Assembly: GCF_036396855.1 (NCBI RefSeq)
Contig: NZ_DASWKA010000066.1
Span: 1 to 58,619 of the forward strand
Origin: Candidatus Deferrimicrobium sp.
GTDB lineage: Bacteria > Desulfobacterota > Deferrimicrobia > Deferrimicrobiales > Deferrimicrobiaceae
Reading direction: 5' to 3'
DNA length: 58,619 bases
This document shows, in pieces, positions 1 through 9,921 of the stretch; position 1 is the stretch's first letter; each line of letters starts with the position of its first letter. A program made the position numbers and the translations under genes. The notes under the pieces are model-generated. The model was not told the origin of the DNA and ran no database searches. It saw only the letters and a list, made by a program, of their open reading frames with translations.

Positions 1-481
1 GGACAGCAAGAAGGTCGTCGAGATCTGCACGCAGTACGCGCAGAAGGGGATGTTCAACATCTTCCTGGTCGTCTTCTTCAGCACGCTGGCCTTCGCCTGC
101 GTGAACCACTACTTCTTCATCGGGTACCTGATCTCGATCGCGATCTTCGGCCTCTACCAGGCGATCTTCATGGCGAACGCCGGCGCCGCCTGGGACAACG
201 CGAAGAAGCTCGTCGAGACCGAGCTCAACATGAAGGGGACCGAGCTCCACGCCGCCTGCGTCGTGGGCGACACCGTCGGGGACCCGTACAAGGACACCTC
301 GTCGGTCGCCATGAACCCGATCATCAAGTTCACCACGCTGTTCGGGCTGCTGGCGGTCGAGCTGGCGATTACGCTCGACCCGGCCGTGAGCCACACCCTT
401 GCGGCGGTCTTCTTCCTCATCTCGGCGTTCTTCGTCTACCGGTCGTTCTACGGAATGCGGATCAAGACGGACGAAGCGTAG
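1..481 (+). CDS. hppA: Membrane-bound proton/sodium-translocating pyrophosphatase, C-terminal part (5' end outside window)
   Basis: Frame is open from the window edge. Hydrophobic helices plus the motif GDTVGDPYKDTSSVAMNPIIKF are typical of M-PPases. Stop TAG at 479-481. Confidence 0.85.
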   Translation, partial: DSKKVVEICTQYAQKGMFNIFLVVFFSTLAFACVNHYFFIGYLISIAIFGLYQAIFMANAGAAWDNAKKLVETELNMKGTELHAACVVGDTVGDPYKDTSSVAMNPIIKFTTLFGLLAVELAITLDPAVSHTLAAVFFLISAFFVYRSFYGMRIKTDEA

Positions 482-508
482 CACCCGCTCCGCGGCAATC
501 CTGCGTTA

Positions 509-545
509 CCCCGGGGGCCCTCCATCGAGGGCCCCCGGGGTTTTT
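509..545 (+). terminator. Rho-independent terminator after hppA
   Basis: Perfect 12-bp stem CCCCGGGGGCCC / GGGCCCCCGGGG with an 8-nt loop, followed by TTTTT. It lies about 28 nt after the hppA stop. Confidence 0.8.
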
Positions 546-694
546 CCCGCCATAAGAGAGCTACTCCGCAGCTGAATATGGGTTGTGGGCATGTGCGGGC
601 GCCCAGTGTTACCCGCGACACAGGCCACCGAGGGGAACTGTTTCAGGCCTTTCTCCGACGGGGGAAAAGCTACTCTAAGGTGTAGGCGCTTTCA

Positions 695-750
695 GGGGAC
701 ATACCTGGTGTAAACCCGGGACGCAGGGAAGGTGTGTCCCCTGCCCACCT
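695..750. repeat. REP-like hairpin element, copy 1 of 3
   Basis: GGGGACATACC ...25 nt... GGTGTGTCCCC forms an inverted repeat. About 85% identical over ~50 nt to 52588-52643, and a shorter relative lies at 1824-1860. Confidence 0.7.
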
Positions 751-1864
751 ACGGTACAACGATTATATTTGCTGGGTCCCGCACGACCATCTCCGGGCGG
801 TCCTTGTAGAGCTTCACCTCGCCGCGGACGCGGATCCTCCTTCCCCGGTACGCCTTCTCGGGTTCCGTCGGGAAGAGGGGGAGATCCTTCACGTGGATGA
901 CGAGCGTGAGATATCGCTTCCAGTTCGGGTGGAAGTTGAGGTAGATCACCTTCTCCGCCCGGTGGGTCCGGACGATCGTCCCCTCGACGACGATCTCTTC
1001 GCCCTGGTGGCGGTGGGCCTCCTCCCAGGGGACCACGGCCCCCCCGATCGCGGGAGCCGGCGTGAGTGCGCGCCGTCCCGGGGATTCCGATCCGGCGGAG
1101 CCGGTCTTCGATGGATCGATCGGGCGGAACCCCCGGTCCCGGGCTTTCGACGCGAACTCGGTGTCCGACAGCTCTCCCCGAAACCGCAGGATCCCCTCGA
1201 TCTCCTTCGGAAGGTCCCCGCGTTCCACCCCCGCTTTCGCGAGCCCCTTGTGGGCGAGGACGAAGGTCCTTCCGCCGGAGGGGTACACCTCGACGGGAGC
1301 GGCGTTCCCCGCGGCGAGCCACCGCGCTTCCGCCATCCCCCCGTCCTTCCAGAGCCCCTTCCCCTCCCGTCGCGCCCTCCCCTCGGCGGCGAGAAATGCC
1401 GCTTTCCTGGAGAAGGGGAACTGCGTGTAGGCGCGGGCCATCCCGGCGCCGAGCATCTCCTCGTTCAGCAGGCGCCCGTCCGGCGGCGGCAGGAAGACGT
1501 ACCGCAGGAGGCGATCGTACTTGTCGGTCTCCTCGGTGTCCTCCTCCAACCGGACGGTCTTTCCGCGGCAGAGGGAGGCGAGATGGGCGGCAGCCTCGTC
1601 GGAGAAGAACTCCTTCCCGAGGGATGGGTGGCTCCGCTCGGGGGCGTCGATCCCGATGAGGCGCACGGTCACGGCTTCCGCGCTCCCGGCCGTGCGGACC
1701 CGCAAGGTGTCGCCGTCCACGACTTCGTCGACGATTCCTGTCTGCGCGGCGGACGCGCGACCGGCGAGGAGTCCGAGAAGCAGAAGGAAAAGTACGGCGA
1801 GGGTTGTCCGACCCTTGCCTGGCGGGGGACATTCCTGCCAGGAGTGTCCCCCCACTGCGAACAA
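749..1864 (-). CDS. Secreted thermonuclease (staphylococcal-nuclease-like) with a C-terminal OB-fold-like domain
   Basis: Signal-peptide-like LAVLFLLLLGLLAG. SNase signature VDGDTLRV...RLIGIDAPE...DKYDRLLRYV. The C-terminus (EEIVVEGTIV...RIRVRGEV) looks OB-like. The only in-frame starts are TTG 1864 and GTG 1855. Confidence 0.75.
   Translation of the reverse strand: MFAVGGHSWQECPPPGKGRTTLAVLFLLLLGLLAGRASAAQTGIVDEVVDGDTLRVRTAGSAEAVTVRLIGIDAPERSHPSLGKEFFSDEAAAHLASLCRGKTVRLEEDTEETDKYDRLLRYVFLPPPDGRLLNEEMLGAGMARAYTQFPFSRKAAFLAAEGRARREGKGLWKDGGMAEARWLAAGNAAPVEVYPSGGRTFVLAHKGLAKAGVERGDLPKEIEGILRFRGELSDTEFASKARDRGFRPIDPSKTGSAGSESPGRRALTPAPAIGGAVVPWEEAHRHQGEEIVVEGTIVRTHRAEKVIYLNFHPNWKRYLTLVIHVKDLPLFPTEPEKAYRGRRIRVRGEVKLYKDRPEMVVRDPANIIVVP
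1824..1860. repeat. REP-like hairpin element, short copy (2 of 3)
   Basis: GGGGACATTCCTGCCAGGAGTGTCCCCCCACTGCGA shares the ends GGGGACAT.CCTG...GTGTCCCC.CACTGC with copies at 695 and 52588. It lies within the first codons of the nuclease ORF. Confidence 0.6.
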
Positions 1865-1889
1865 GGCGTTTCCTCCCTCGTCCTACCGG

Positions 1890-3758
1890 CTACTTCAACG
1901 CTTCGGGGTTGATCTCCACCTTCACGCTCTTGATGCGGTCCGAAAGGAAGGCCTCGAGCATCACGTTCTGTTTCTGCTCTGCCACGCTCTTCAGGAAACC
2001 GTTCTTTTTTTCCGCCCACTCCGCGTCGGAGGGAAGCTCCTCGTCGGATAACGCAACGGCGAGGAAATTTCCACCCTTTCCCTGGTACACCTTCCGGGAG
2101 ACCGGCGTTTTCCCGGAGAGGGGGGAGAGGTCCTTCCGGATGTCGCCGGCACCGGCGAGCGCTTCGGGGACCGGTTCCGAGAGGGGGGCGAACCCGCCGG
2201 TGAGGGAGGAGGAAAGCCCCGACTTCCTCGCGTTCGATTCGAGTTCCGCCGCCGTGTTCGAGGCCGCGAGGACCTGCTGCAGCGCCGTTCGCGCCGCCGC
2301 CGTCTTTTTCTCGCGGACGACCTCCGCGACAACCCTGTCGCGCACCACCGGCAGGGGGGGGACGCGGGAGTCCTCCTTCGCCGTCACCTGGAAGAGGAAG
2401 TGGGAATCCCCCACGGTTTTCACGGGGGCCACCTCGCCCGATGGAAGCAGCAGCGCGTCCTGGACCAGCGCCGCGGGGAGGCCGGGCGCCCCTTCCGCCC
2501 CCACCCACCCGGTCTCCATGACCGGTACCCCGAACGCCGCCGCCGTCGACTTGACGGATTTCGCGGCGGTCGCCTTCGGCAGCGCTTCGTATGCCTTGAC
2601 GACGGCCAGGTCTTTCCCCTTCTCGTGACGGATCTGCTCAATGACGCGGTCGCGGATCTCGGAGAGGGGGAGCGTCTCCGGGAACCGGATCCTGTTCACG
2701 CGGGCGAGGACGAAGCTGCCCGGCAGCTCGATCGGCCCGACCACGGTGTCCACGGAGGCCTGGAACAGCGGCTCCGAGAGCGCGGAGCCTGCCTCTTTGT
2801 GCGAGAGCCACGTCTCTCCGTTTTTCCCGCGGGCATACGTCTTCGCCAATGCATCGAATTCGGCCTTCCCCTTCGACGCCTTGGCGAGAATCTCCTCCGC
2901 CTTCTTCCGCGCCGCATCCCTGGCCTTTTCCCCGAAGGGCAGGACGATGCGAGAAACCAGCCGCCGCTCCTCGGTGCGGAATCGGTCGGAGTTCGTCTCG
3001 TAAAACGCCTTGATCTCGGCTTCCGACGGGTCGACCTCCCGGCCGAAGCGATCGGGGGTGAAGGCGGCGACGACGAGCTTCACCCGCGGCGGAGTCCGGA
3101 AACGTTCCTTCCGCTGTTCGTATTCCGTGAGGATCTCTTCTTCGGTCGGGGCGTCGACCTTCACCATCCCGGGGTCCGCCGTTACCACCACGAGCCGGAT
3201 CTTCCGCGAAGCGACCCGGAAAAGTTCCTTCGCTTCCGTTTCCGGGACGAGCGCCCCGGCGGCAACCAGATCCTTGACCTTCTTCATCGTGATCTCGACC
3301 CGCTTTGTGGCCTCGAACTCGGCCGGGGTGATGCGGTTATAGGAGAGGACCGACCGGTACTGGTCGTCCCGGAACTGTCCGCTCTGCTGGAATGCCGGGA
3401 TGCCGGCGATCTCCCGCTGGACCTCTTCGTCAGTGGCCGACAGTCCCATCTTCGCGGCCTCCGCCAGCAGGATCTTCTTCTGGACCAGGGAGTCCATCGC
3501 CTGCTTCTTCAGGAAGAGCGCCTTGGCCATCTCCGGGGTAAATGCGGCTCCGTACACCTCCCGGTACGACTTCTCGAGGTTGGCGACGGCCTCGGACAGC
3601 TCGTTCGTCGTGATCGTCTCTCCGCCCACGGTGGCGGCCACGTTCCGGTCCTGTTCGGAGTAGGTGCCGACTCCCCACCAGATGAAGGTCAACGCGATGA
3701 AGGAGAGAATGATCTTTATGGCCCAGGAGCCCTTGTTGCGGCGGAGGTTGGAGAGCAT
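1890..3758 (-). CDS. ppiD: Periplasmic chaperone PpiD (SurA-N / parvulin-type PPIase family)
   Basis: 622 aa. N-terminal anchor KGSWAIKIILSFIALTFIWWG followed by SurA-N-like chaperone sequence. Length and layout are typical of PpiD. Confidence 0.8.
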   Translation of the reverse strand: MLSNLRRNKGSWAIKIILSFIALTFIWWGVGTYSEQDRNVAATVGGETITTNELSEAVANLEKSYREVYGAAFTPEMAKALFLKKQAMDSLVQKKILLAEAAKMGLSATDEEVQREIAGIPAFQQSGQFRDDQYRSVLSYNRITPAEFEATKRVEITMKKVKDLVAAGALVPETEAKELFRVASRKIRLVVVTADPGMVKVDAPTEEEILTEYEQRKERFRTPPRVKLVVAAFTPDRFGREVDPSEAEIKAFYETNSDRFRTEERRLVSRIVLPFGEKARDAARKKAEEILAKASKGKAEFDALAKTYARGKNGETWLSHKEAGSALSEPLFQASVDTVVGPIELPGSFVLARVNRIRFPETLPLSEIRDRVIEQIRHEKGKDLAVVKAYEALPKATAAKSVKSTAAAFGVPVMETGWVGAEGAPGLPAALVQDALLLPSGEVAPVKTVGDSHFLFQVTAKEDSRVPPLPVVRDRVVAEVVREKKTAAARTALQQVLAASNTAAELESNARKSGLSSSLTGGFAPLSEPVPEALAGAGDIRKDLSPLSGKTPVSRKVYQGKGGNFLAVALSDEELPSDAEWAEKKNGFLKSVAEQKQNVMLEAFLSDRIKSVKVEINPEALK

Positions 3759-3925
3759 GGCGAAGAGATTCTCCTGTCGATGGGAATGAAAGTGCGGTCG
3801 AACGTGCCATTCTAATGCCGCGCGTGGTCCGATATCAACGGGATTCCGGCTGTCCGGTTCTCCTTCGGTTGCATTGAGGGTCGGGGGACTGTTAAGATAC
3901 CCCGATACGTTTCCGTGGAAATTGA

Positions 3926-4978
<1,053 letters not shown>

Positions 4979-5026
4979 GCGATCGGGGGTGCACCGGGCC
5001 CGCTCCCCGGTCTCCAAGCGGTATCT

Positions 5027-5872
5027 ATGGGATCCTTCTTCCGGAATTGGTGGCGGCTCCTCGTAACCGTGGCGCTCCTGGTCGCGGCGATCCAGGTATT
5101 TGTCCGCCCCTCGTCGACCCTTGAGCGCGCCGAGCCGGTCCGCGCCGCCGGGGTCGCACTCTTCCGTCCCGTCTACTTCGCAATGGATTTCCTGCGCGGG
5201 GGCTTTTCCGGCGTGTGGAACCGGTACGCCGCCCTGGTGGGCGTGTCGAGGGAGAACGAGCGGCTTCGGAAAGAGGTTACGGAGCTCCGGGAGCGGCTCC
5301 ACGCGACCCGGGACGCCGTCCTCGAAAACCGTCGGTTGAAGGAGCTCCTGAGCTACTCGCAGACCGTCGAACAGCGGACCCTCGGAGCGCGCGTGGTCGG
5401 GCACGACGTCTCCCCTTGGTTCCGGGCGATCTTCCTCGGCACAGGATCGGAGGCGGGGATCGAGCCCGGGATGTCCGTGGTCACACCCTACGGAGCGGTC
5501 GGGCGGATCCACAAGATCCACCCTGGACTTTCCGAGGTGCTGCTCGTCACGGACGGCAGGTTCGCGGCCGACGTGATGGTTGAGCGCAGCCGGGTCCGCG
5601 CCATCGCGGAAGGGGTGGGCGGGAACTTCTGCCGCCTGAAGTACGTCTCCCCGACGCAGGACGTTGCGGTGGGGGACCGGATCGTCTTCTCGGGGTTCGA
5701 CGGGAGCATGCCGAAGGGAGTTCTCCTCGGTACCGTCGTCAGCGTCGACCGCCCGAAAGAAAGCCTCTTTCAGAAGGTGAAGGTGCAGTGCGCGGTGAAC
5801 TTCCAGGACGTCGAGGAGGTGCTGGTGATCCTCTCCCGCCCCTCCGTGCCTTTCCGGGCGGGGAAGGATTGA
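5027..5872 (+). CDS. mreC: Rod shape-determining protein MreC
   Basis: 281 aa with an N-terminal TM segment, a coiled coil (ENERLRKEVTELRERL) and a beta-rich C-terminus. Positioned after mreB. Confidence 0.9.
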   Translation: MGSFFRNWWRLLVTVALLVAAIQVFVRPSSTLERAEPVRAAGVALFRPVYFAMDFLRGGFSGVWNRYAALVGVSRENERLRKEVTELRERLHATRDAVLENRRLKELLSYSQTVEQRTLGARVVGHDVSPWFRAIFLGTGSEAGIEPGMSVVTPYGAVGRIHKIHPGLSEVLLVTDGRFAADVMVERSRVRAIAEGVGGNFCRLKYVSPTQDVAVGDRIVFSGFDGSMPKGVLLGTVVSVDRPKESLFQKVKVQCAVNFQDVEEVLVILSRPSVPFRAGKD

Positions 5873-6354
5873 AACATTTTCTCGTGCTCCTCGCCCTGTC
5901 GTATCTGGGCGCCTCTCTCTGCGTCTGGTGGCTCTCCGGGTTCGTACCCTGGTTCCTGCTCCCCGACTTCCCGTTTCTCGCCATCGTTTTTGCGGGGCTC
6001 TTCGTTCCGGGGGTCGCGGGATTCCTGGGCGCTCTTCCTCCCGCGCTGTTCCGTGAGATCACGGCGTCCGCGCCTTCCTGGTCGATGTTCCTCGGATCGA
6101 TGGCCCTCTATTTCGCCTCGCGGGAGATCGGCCGCAGATTCCTCCTGCGCAGCGAGCCGTCGCTCCTCTCCGCCGTCGTGTCCCTGATGGCGGCCGAGTC
6201 GTTCTCCGTCGTCCTTCTCCTTGCCCTTTCCGGGGCCCGCCCCTTCTCCTTCCTGTGGGGTGCGCAGGAGGCCGTCCGGATCGCCTGGACCTCCCTGATC
6301 GCCGTCCCTCTCTTCCTGGACCTGTCGGTCCGCTGGCGAAGGGTGAAGGAATGA
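5869..6354 (+). CDS. mreD: Rod shape-determining protein MreD
   Basis: Polytopic hydrophobic protein between mreC and mrdA. TTG at 5869 overlaps the mreC stop (TTGA). The track ORF start at 5788 would overlap mreC by 85 nt. Confidence 0.75.
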   Translation: MKHFLVLLALSYLGASLCVWWLSGFVPWFLLPDFPFLAIVFAGLFVPGVAGFLGALPPALFREITASAPSWSMFLGSMALYFASREIGRRFLLRSEPSLLSAVVSLMAAESFSVVLLLALSGARPFSFLWGAQEAVRIAWTSLIAVPLFLDLSVRWRRVKE

Positions 6355-8219
6355 TGAGCCGGATTCGCAAGCGGGAGCAGGATCCCGACATCACCCGCCG
6401 ATCGCGCCTTCTCCTCTACGTTGCTTTCGGGGCGTTCGCGATCCTCCTCGGCCGGCTCTACTGGCTCCAGGTGGTGGAATCCGACCGGTACCGGAATCTC
6501 TCGGAGAACAACCGTCTCCGCCTGCGGACGGTCCGCGCGCCCCGGGGGCTGATCCTCGACCGGATGGGGAGGGCGCTCGCGGAGACGCAGGGATCCTTCG
6601 ATCTCGTCTGCTCCCCGGTGGACGTCAAGGACCTCGAGTCGGAGATCGGCCTCCTCGCCGAGATCGTGGAGTTCGATGCCGACGACAACACGGTCCTCGA
6701 CAAGATCCGGACGGCGATGCGGTCCAACCCTTACAGGAGCGTCACCGTGGCGCGGGACCTCCGGTTCGAGCAGGTCTCGGTCATCGAGTTCAACCGGGAG
6801 AACCTCCCCGGCTTCTCCGTCCTGGTCGAGGCGAAACGGAGCTACCCCTACGGCACGGCCTTCGCTCACGTCCTCGGGTATGTCGGGGAGGCGAGTCCGG
6901 AGGAGTTGGAGGAGTCGGAGGAGTCGGAGGAGTCGGAGGAAAACTCGCTGGAGATGGGGGACCTGGTCGGGAAGTACGGGCTCGAGCGGCTGATGGACGA
7001 CGACCTGCGCGGGGTGAACGGCGGAAGGAAAGTGGAGGTGGACGCGGCCGGGAGAGACCAGCGGCTCGTCGAGGAGGTGCCTTCCCGGGCCGGCGGCGAG
7101 GTCCACACCTCGCTGGACGCGGACCTGCAGGTGACGTCCCAGGAGGCGCTCGGAAACCGGGCAGGGGCGGTGATCGCTCTTGCGCCGCGGACCGGGGAGG
7201 TCCTCGCGTTTTATTCCGGCCCCTCGTTCGACCCGAACGTGTTTACGCGCGGGATCCGCAAGGCCGAATGGCAGGCGCTGACCGTCGATCCACGCAAGCC
7301 GATGCAGAACAAGGGCCTGCAGGGGACGTACGCCCCGGGCTCCACCATCAAGCCGTTCCTCGCGTTGGCCGCCCTCGAGGAGAAGATGCAGGAGAAGGGA
7401 AAGACGGTTTCCTGCCCAGGGTCGTACCGTCTCGGGAACCGGGTCTTCCGCTGCTGGAAGGAGAAAGGTCACGGCGCCGTCGACATGTACCGGGCGCTCG
7501 TGCAGTCGTGCGACGTCTACTTCTACACGCTCGGGTTGAAGCTGGGACCCGACCGGGTGGCGAAGCTGGAGAAGGACGCGGGGCTCGGGACGATCACGGG
7601 GATCGACCTCCCCGGGGAGCGGAAGGGGCTGGTCCCGGACACGGAGTGGAAGCGCACCGTGGTCAAGGAACGGTGGTACGAGTACGAGAGCGTGCTCCTC
7701 GGGATCGGGCAGGGATCCGTTCACCTCACTCCCCTCGAGATGGCCGTCGGCTACGCCGCGCTGGCGGCGGGCGGCGAGGTGATGCGGCCCCGGGTCGTGT
7801 CGAAGGTGATCGGGCAAGACGGGAAGGTGCGGGTCCAGGCCCCCGAGACGCTCCGGAAGCTCCCATGGAACCCGGAGAACGTGGAGTTCATCCGGAAAGC
7901 CCTCGCAGGCGTGGTGAACGACTACGGAACGGGTGGGGGGGCGAAGCTCCCCGGGATCGTGGTGGGCGGGAAGACGGGCACCGCGCAGGTCGCCTCGGTG
8001 AAGGGGAAGATGATCAAGTCCGAGGATCTTCCGTACGAGATCCGCGACCACGCGTGGTTCGTCGCGTTCGCCCCGGTGGACGACCCGCAGATCGTCGTGG
8101 CGGCGATGGTGGAGCACGGCGGGCACGGCGGATCCGCCGCCGCGCCGATCGTCAAGGCGGTGATGCAGGAATTCTTCCGCACCCGGCCCGTCGGCCCGCC
8201 GCGAAAGGGGGGCGCGTGA
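6351..8219 (+). CDS. mrdA: Penicillin-binding protein 2 (elongasome transpeptidase)
   Basis: ATG 6351 overlaps the mreD stop (ATGA). PBP dimerisation domain plus transpeptidase motifs STIKP, SCDVY and KTGTA. Confidence 0.93.
   Translation: MMSRIRKREQDPDITRRSRLLLYVAFGAFAILLGRLYWLQVVESDRYRNLSENNRLRLRTVRAPRGLILDRMGRALAETQGSFDLVCSPVDVKDLESEIGLLAEIVEFDADDNTVLDKIRTAMRSNPYRSVTVARDLRFEQVSVIEFNRENLPGFSVLVEAKRSYPYGTAFAHVLGYVGEASPEELEESEESEESEENSLEMGDLVGKYGLERLMDDDLRGVNGGRKVEVDAAGRDQRLVEEVPSRAGGEVHTSLDADLQVTSQEALGNRAGAVIALAPRTGEVLAFYSGPSFDPNVFTRGIRKAEWQALTVDPRKPMQNKGLQGTYAPGSTIKPFLALAALEEKMQEKGKTVSCPGSYRLGNRVFRCWKEKGHGAVDMYRALVQSCDVYFYTLGLKLGPDRVAKLEKDAGLGTITGIDLPGERKGLVPDTEWKRTVVKERWYEYESVLLGIGQGSVHLTPLEMAVGYAALAAGGEVMRPRVVSKVIGQDGKVRVQAPETLRKLPWNPENVEFIRKALAGVVNDYGTGGGAKLPGIVVGGKTGTAQVASVKGKMIKSEDLPYEIRDHAWFVAFAPVDDPQIVVAAMVEHGGHGGSAAAPIVKAVMQEFFRTRPVGPPRKGGA
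6902..6937 (+). repeat. 9-bp tandem repeat (GGAGTCGGA x3 plus one imperfect unit) inside mrdA
   Basis: Encodes EELEESEESEESEE in the N-terminal (non-penicillin-binding) module of PBP2. Confidence 0.85.
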
Positions 8220-9349
8220 CCCGTTCGTCGAAATGGGCGCGGATGGACTGGCCGCTGCTGATCAACGCGCTGGCCCTCTGCGCGATCGGGCTGCTGAACG
8301 TCTACTCCGGTACGCGGGTCCACGGCGCACCCGGGACCGCACTCGTGATCAAGCAGCTCGTCTGGATTCTTCTCGGAGTCGCCGGTTTCTTCGCCGTCTT
8401 CCTCCTCAGCGACGGCTTCATCGAAGAGACCGCGAACGCCTTCTTCGTTGCCGTGATCCTTCTCCTCGTGGTGGTGCTGCTGACGGGCAGGGTCCGCGGG
8501 GGCGCCCAGCGGTGGATCGCCATCGGCGCGTTCAACTTCCAGCCGTCGGAATTCGCGAAGATCGCCGTCACGCTGGCACTGGCACGGTACCTCTCGTCGA
8601 AATACCGGTACGGCGGGATCGGCCTGATGGAGTTCCTCCCGGGGATCGGACTCGTCCTCGCTCCCTTCCTTCTCGTGGCGCTCCAGCCCGACCTTGGAAG
8701 CGCGGGAGTGTTCCTCTTCATCCTCGCGGGAATGGCGGTGGTGGCGTGCGTTCGGTGGAAGGTGCTCGCGTTTTTCGCGGCGTCCGCCGCGGCCGCGGTT
8801 CCCGCCCTCTGGTTCTTCATGAAGGCGTACCAGCGGCAGCGTGTTCTCACCTTCCTGAACCCTGAGCTCGACCCGCTGGGGGCGGGGTATCACGTGATCC
8901 AGTCGAAGATCGCGGTGGGATCGGGCGGGGTCATCGGGAAGGGATACCTGCAGGGGACCCAGGGGTCGCTCCGGTTCCTGCCGGAGCAGCACACCGATTT
9001 CGCATTCGCCGTCTTCTCCGAGGAGTGGGGTTTCCTCGGGTCCCTCCTGCTGCTCGTACTGTTCCTGCTGCTGGTCTACCGCCTCTTCTTCCTCACCGTC
9101 CGTTCACAGGATCGGTTCGCATCGTTCGCCTGCGGGGGAATCGCGGTTTTCTTCCTGACCCACATCGTCATCAACCTGGCGATGGTGTGCGGCATGTTCC
9201 CCGTCGTCGGGATCCCGCTTCCGTTCATGAGTTACGGCGGGTCGTCGATGCTGACCGGGATGATGGCGCTGGGCGCGGCGGCGAACCTGTCCCGTTCCCG
9301 GTTCACGTTCCAGGGAGGCGGGGGGAAAGGACGAGGGATCGATTCCTGA
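8216..9349 (+). CDS. rodA: Peptidoglycan glycosyltransferase RodA (SEDS family)
   Basis: GTG 8216 overlaps the mrdA stop (GTGA). Polytopic, with the FtsW/RodA/SpoVE signature ...QPSEFAK...TDFAFAV...GIPLPFMSYGGSS. Confidence 0.92.
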   Translation: MTRSSKWARMDWPLLINALALCAIGLLNVYSGTRVHGAPGTALVIKQLVWILLGVAGFFAVFLLSDGFIEETANAFFVAVILLLVVVLLTGRVRGGAQRWIAIGAFNFQPSEFAKIAVTLALARYLSSKYRYGGIGLMEFLPGIGLVLAPFLLVALQPDLGSAGVFLFILAGMAVVACVRWKVLAFFAASAAAAVPALWFFMKAYQRQRVLTFLNPELDPLGAGYHVIQSKIAVGSGGVIGKGYLQGTQGSLRFLPEQHTDFAFAVFSEEWGFLGSLLLLVLFLLLVYRLFFLTVRSQDRFASFACGGIAVFFLTHIVINLAMVCGMFPVVGIPLPFMSYGGSSMLTGMMALGAAANLSRSRFTFQGGGGKGRGIDS

Positions 9350-9905
9350 TCTCCGAGGAGAGTTCCCGGGACATCCCGGTCGAGAACCCGATCCACCGCC
9401 TCTCCACCTTTCCTTCGGAGTCGAGAAGGAGCAACACGGGCCCATGGCTCACGCGGAACTCCTTGTGGAACACGTCGGGAAGCGCGGAGAGGGTGGTGAC
9501 CTTCAACGCCCCGCGATCCTCCAAGGGGCCGCCTTCGGGGAGAGGAGCGGGGTGCAACGGGGGGACCTCCTGCCGTCCGGCGGGAGACAGCACCGTTTCG
9601 CGGTCGAACAGGACCCGATAGATTCTCACGGTGTCCGGAGAAAACGGCGCCGCGGCGGTCCGCACGGCCCTCCAGACGTCCGCGCACGCCGGGCACCACG
9701 GGAACTCCAGAAAGACGAACCGGACCGCCCCATCGGCTTCCGGGAGCCCCTCGAGAGCCTTCCCGGTTACGTCTGAGAAAACGGGATTTCCGGCCGGGAA
9801 GGGGTGGGATCCCACGGTGATCGCCTTCGGTCCGCACCCCGTCATCAGGAGCAGGCCCGCGATCAGCGCCGCCAAGTGCTTCCATTCATAAATACGGTGA
9901 AGCAC
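9303..9905 (-). CDS. Thioredoxin-fold lipoprotein (thiol-disulfide oxidoreductase-like)
   Basis: Lipobox LLMTGC. WCPAC redox motif in a thioredoxin-like context. The 3' end overlaps the rodA 3' end by 47 nt (convergent). Confidence 0.65.
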   Translation of the reverse strand: MLHRIYEWKHLAALIAGLLLMTGCGPKAITVGSHPFPAGNPVFSDVTGKALEGLPEADGAVRFVFLEFPWCPACADVWRAVRTAAAPFSPDTVRIYRVLFDRETVLSPAGRQEVPPLHPAPLPEGGPLEDRGALKVTTLSALPDVFHKEFRVSHGPVLLLLDSEGKVERRWIGFSTGMSRELSSEIRNRSLVLSPRLPGT

Positions 9906-9921
9906 TGAGGGGCGCCCTCTC

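Noticed and set aside
675-1832. Long antisense or alternate-frame ORFs here and at 3812-5521, 6108-8126, 21000-23078, 23684-25813, 36783-38564, 44127-46949, 47860-49479, 49502-51070 and 55325-57862
   Set aside because: All have extreme R/P/G/D/E composition and no recognisable motifs. All overlap well-supported genes in another frame, which is typical of ~65-70% GC DNA where stop codons are rare.
9303-9349. 47-nt convergent overlaps (rodA with the thioredoxin-fold lipoprotein, and glgP with the GT2 gene at 57882-57928)
   Set aside because: These are ordinary 3'-3' overlaps in a compact high-GC genome, and the equal length appears coincidental.
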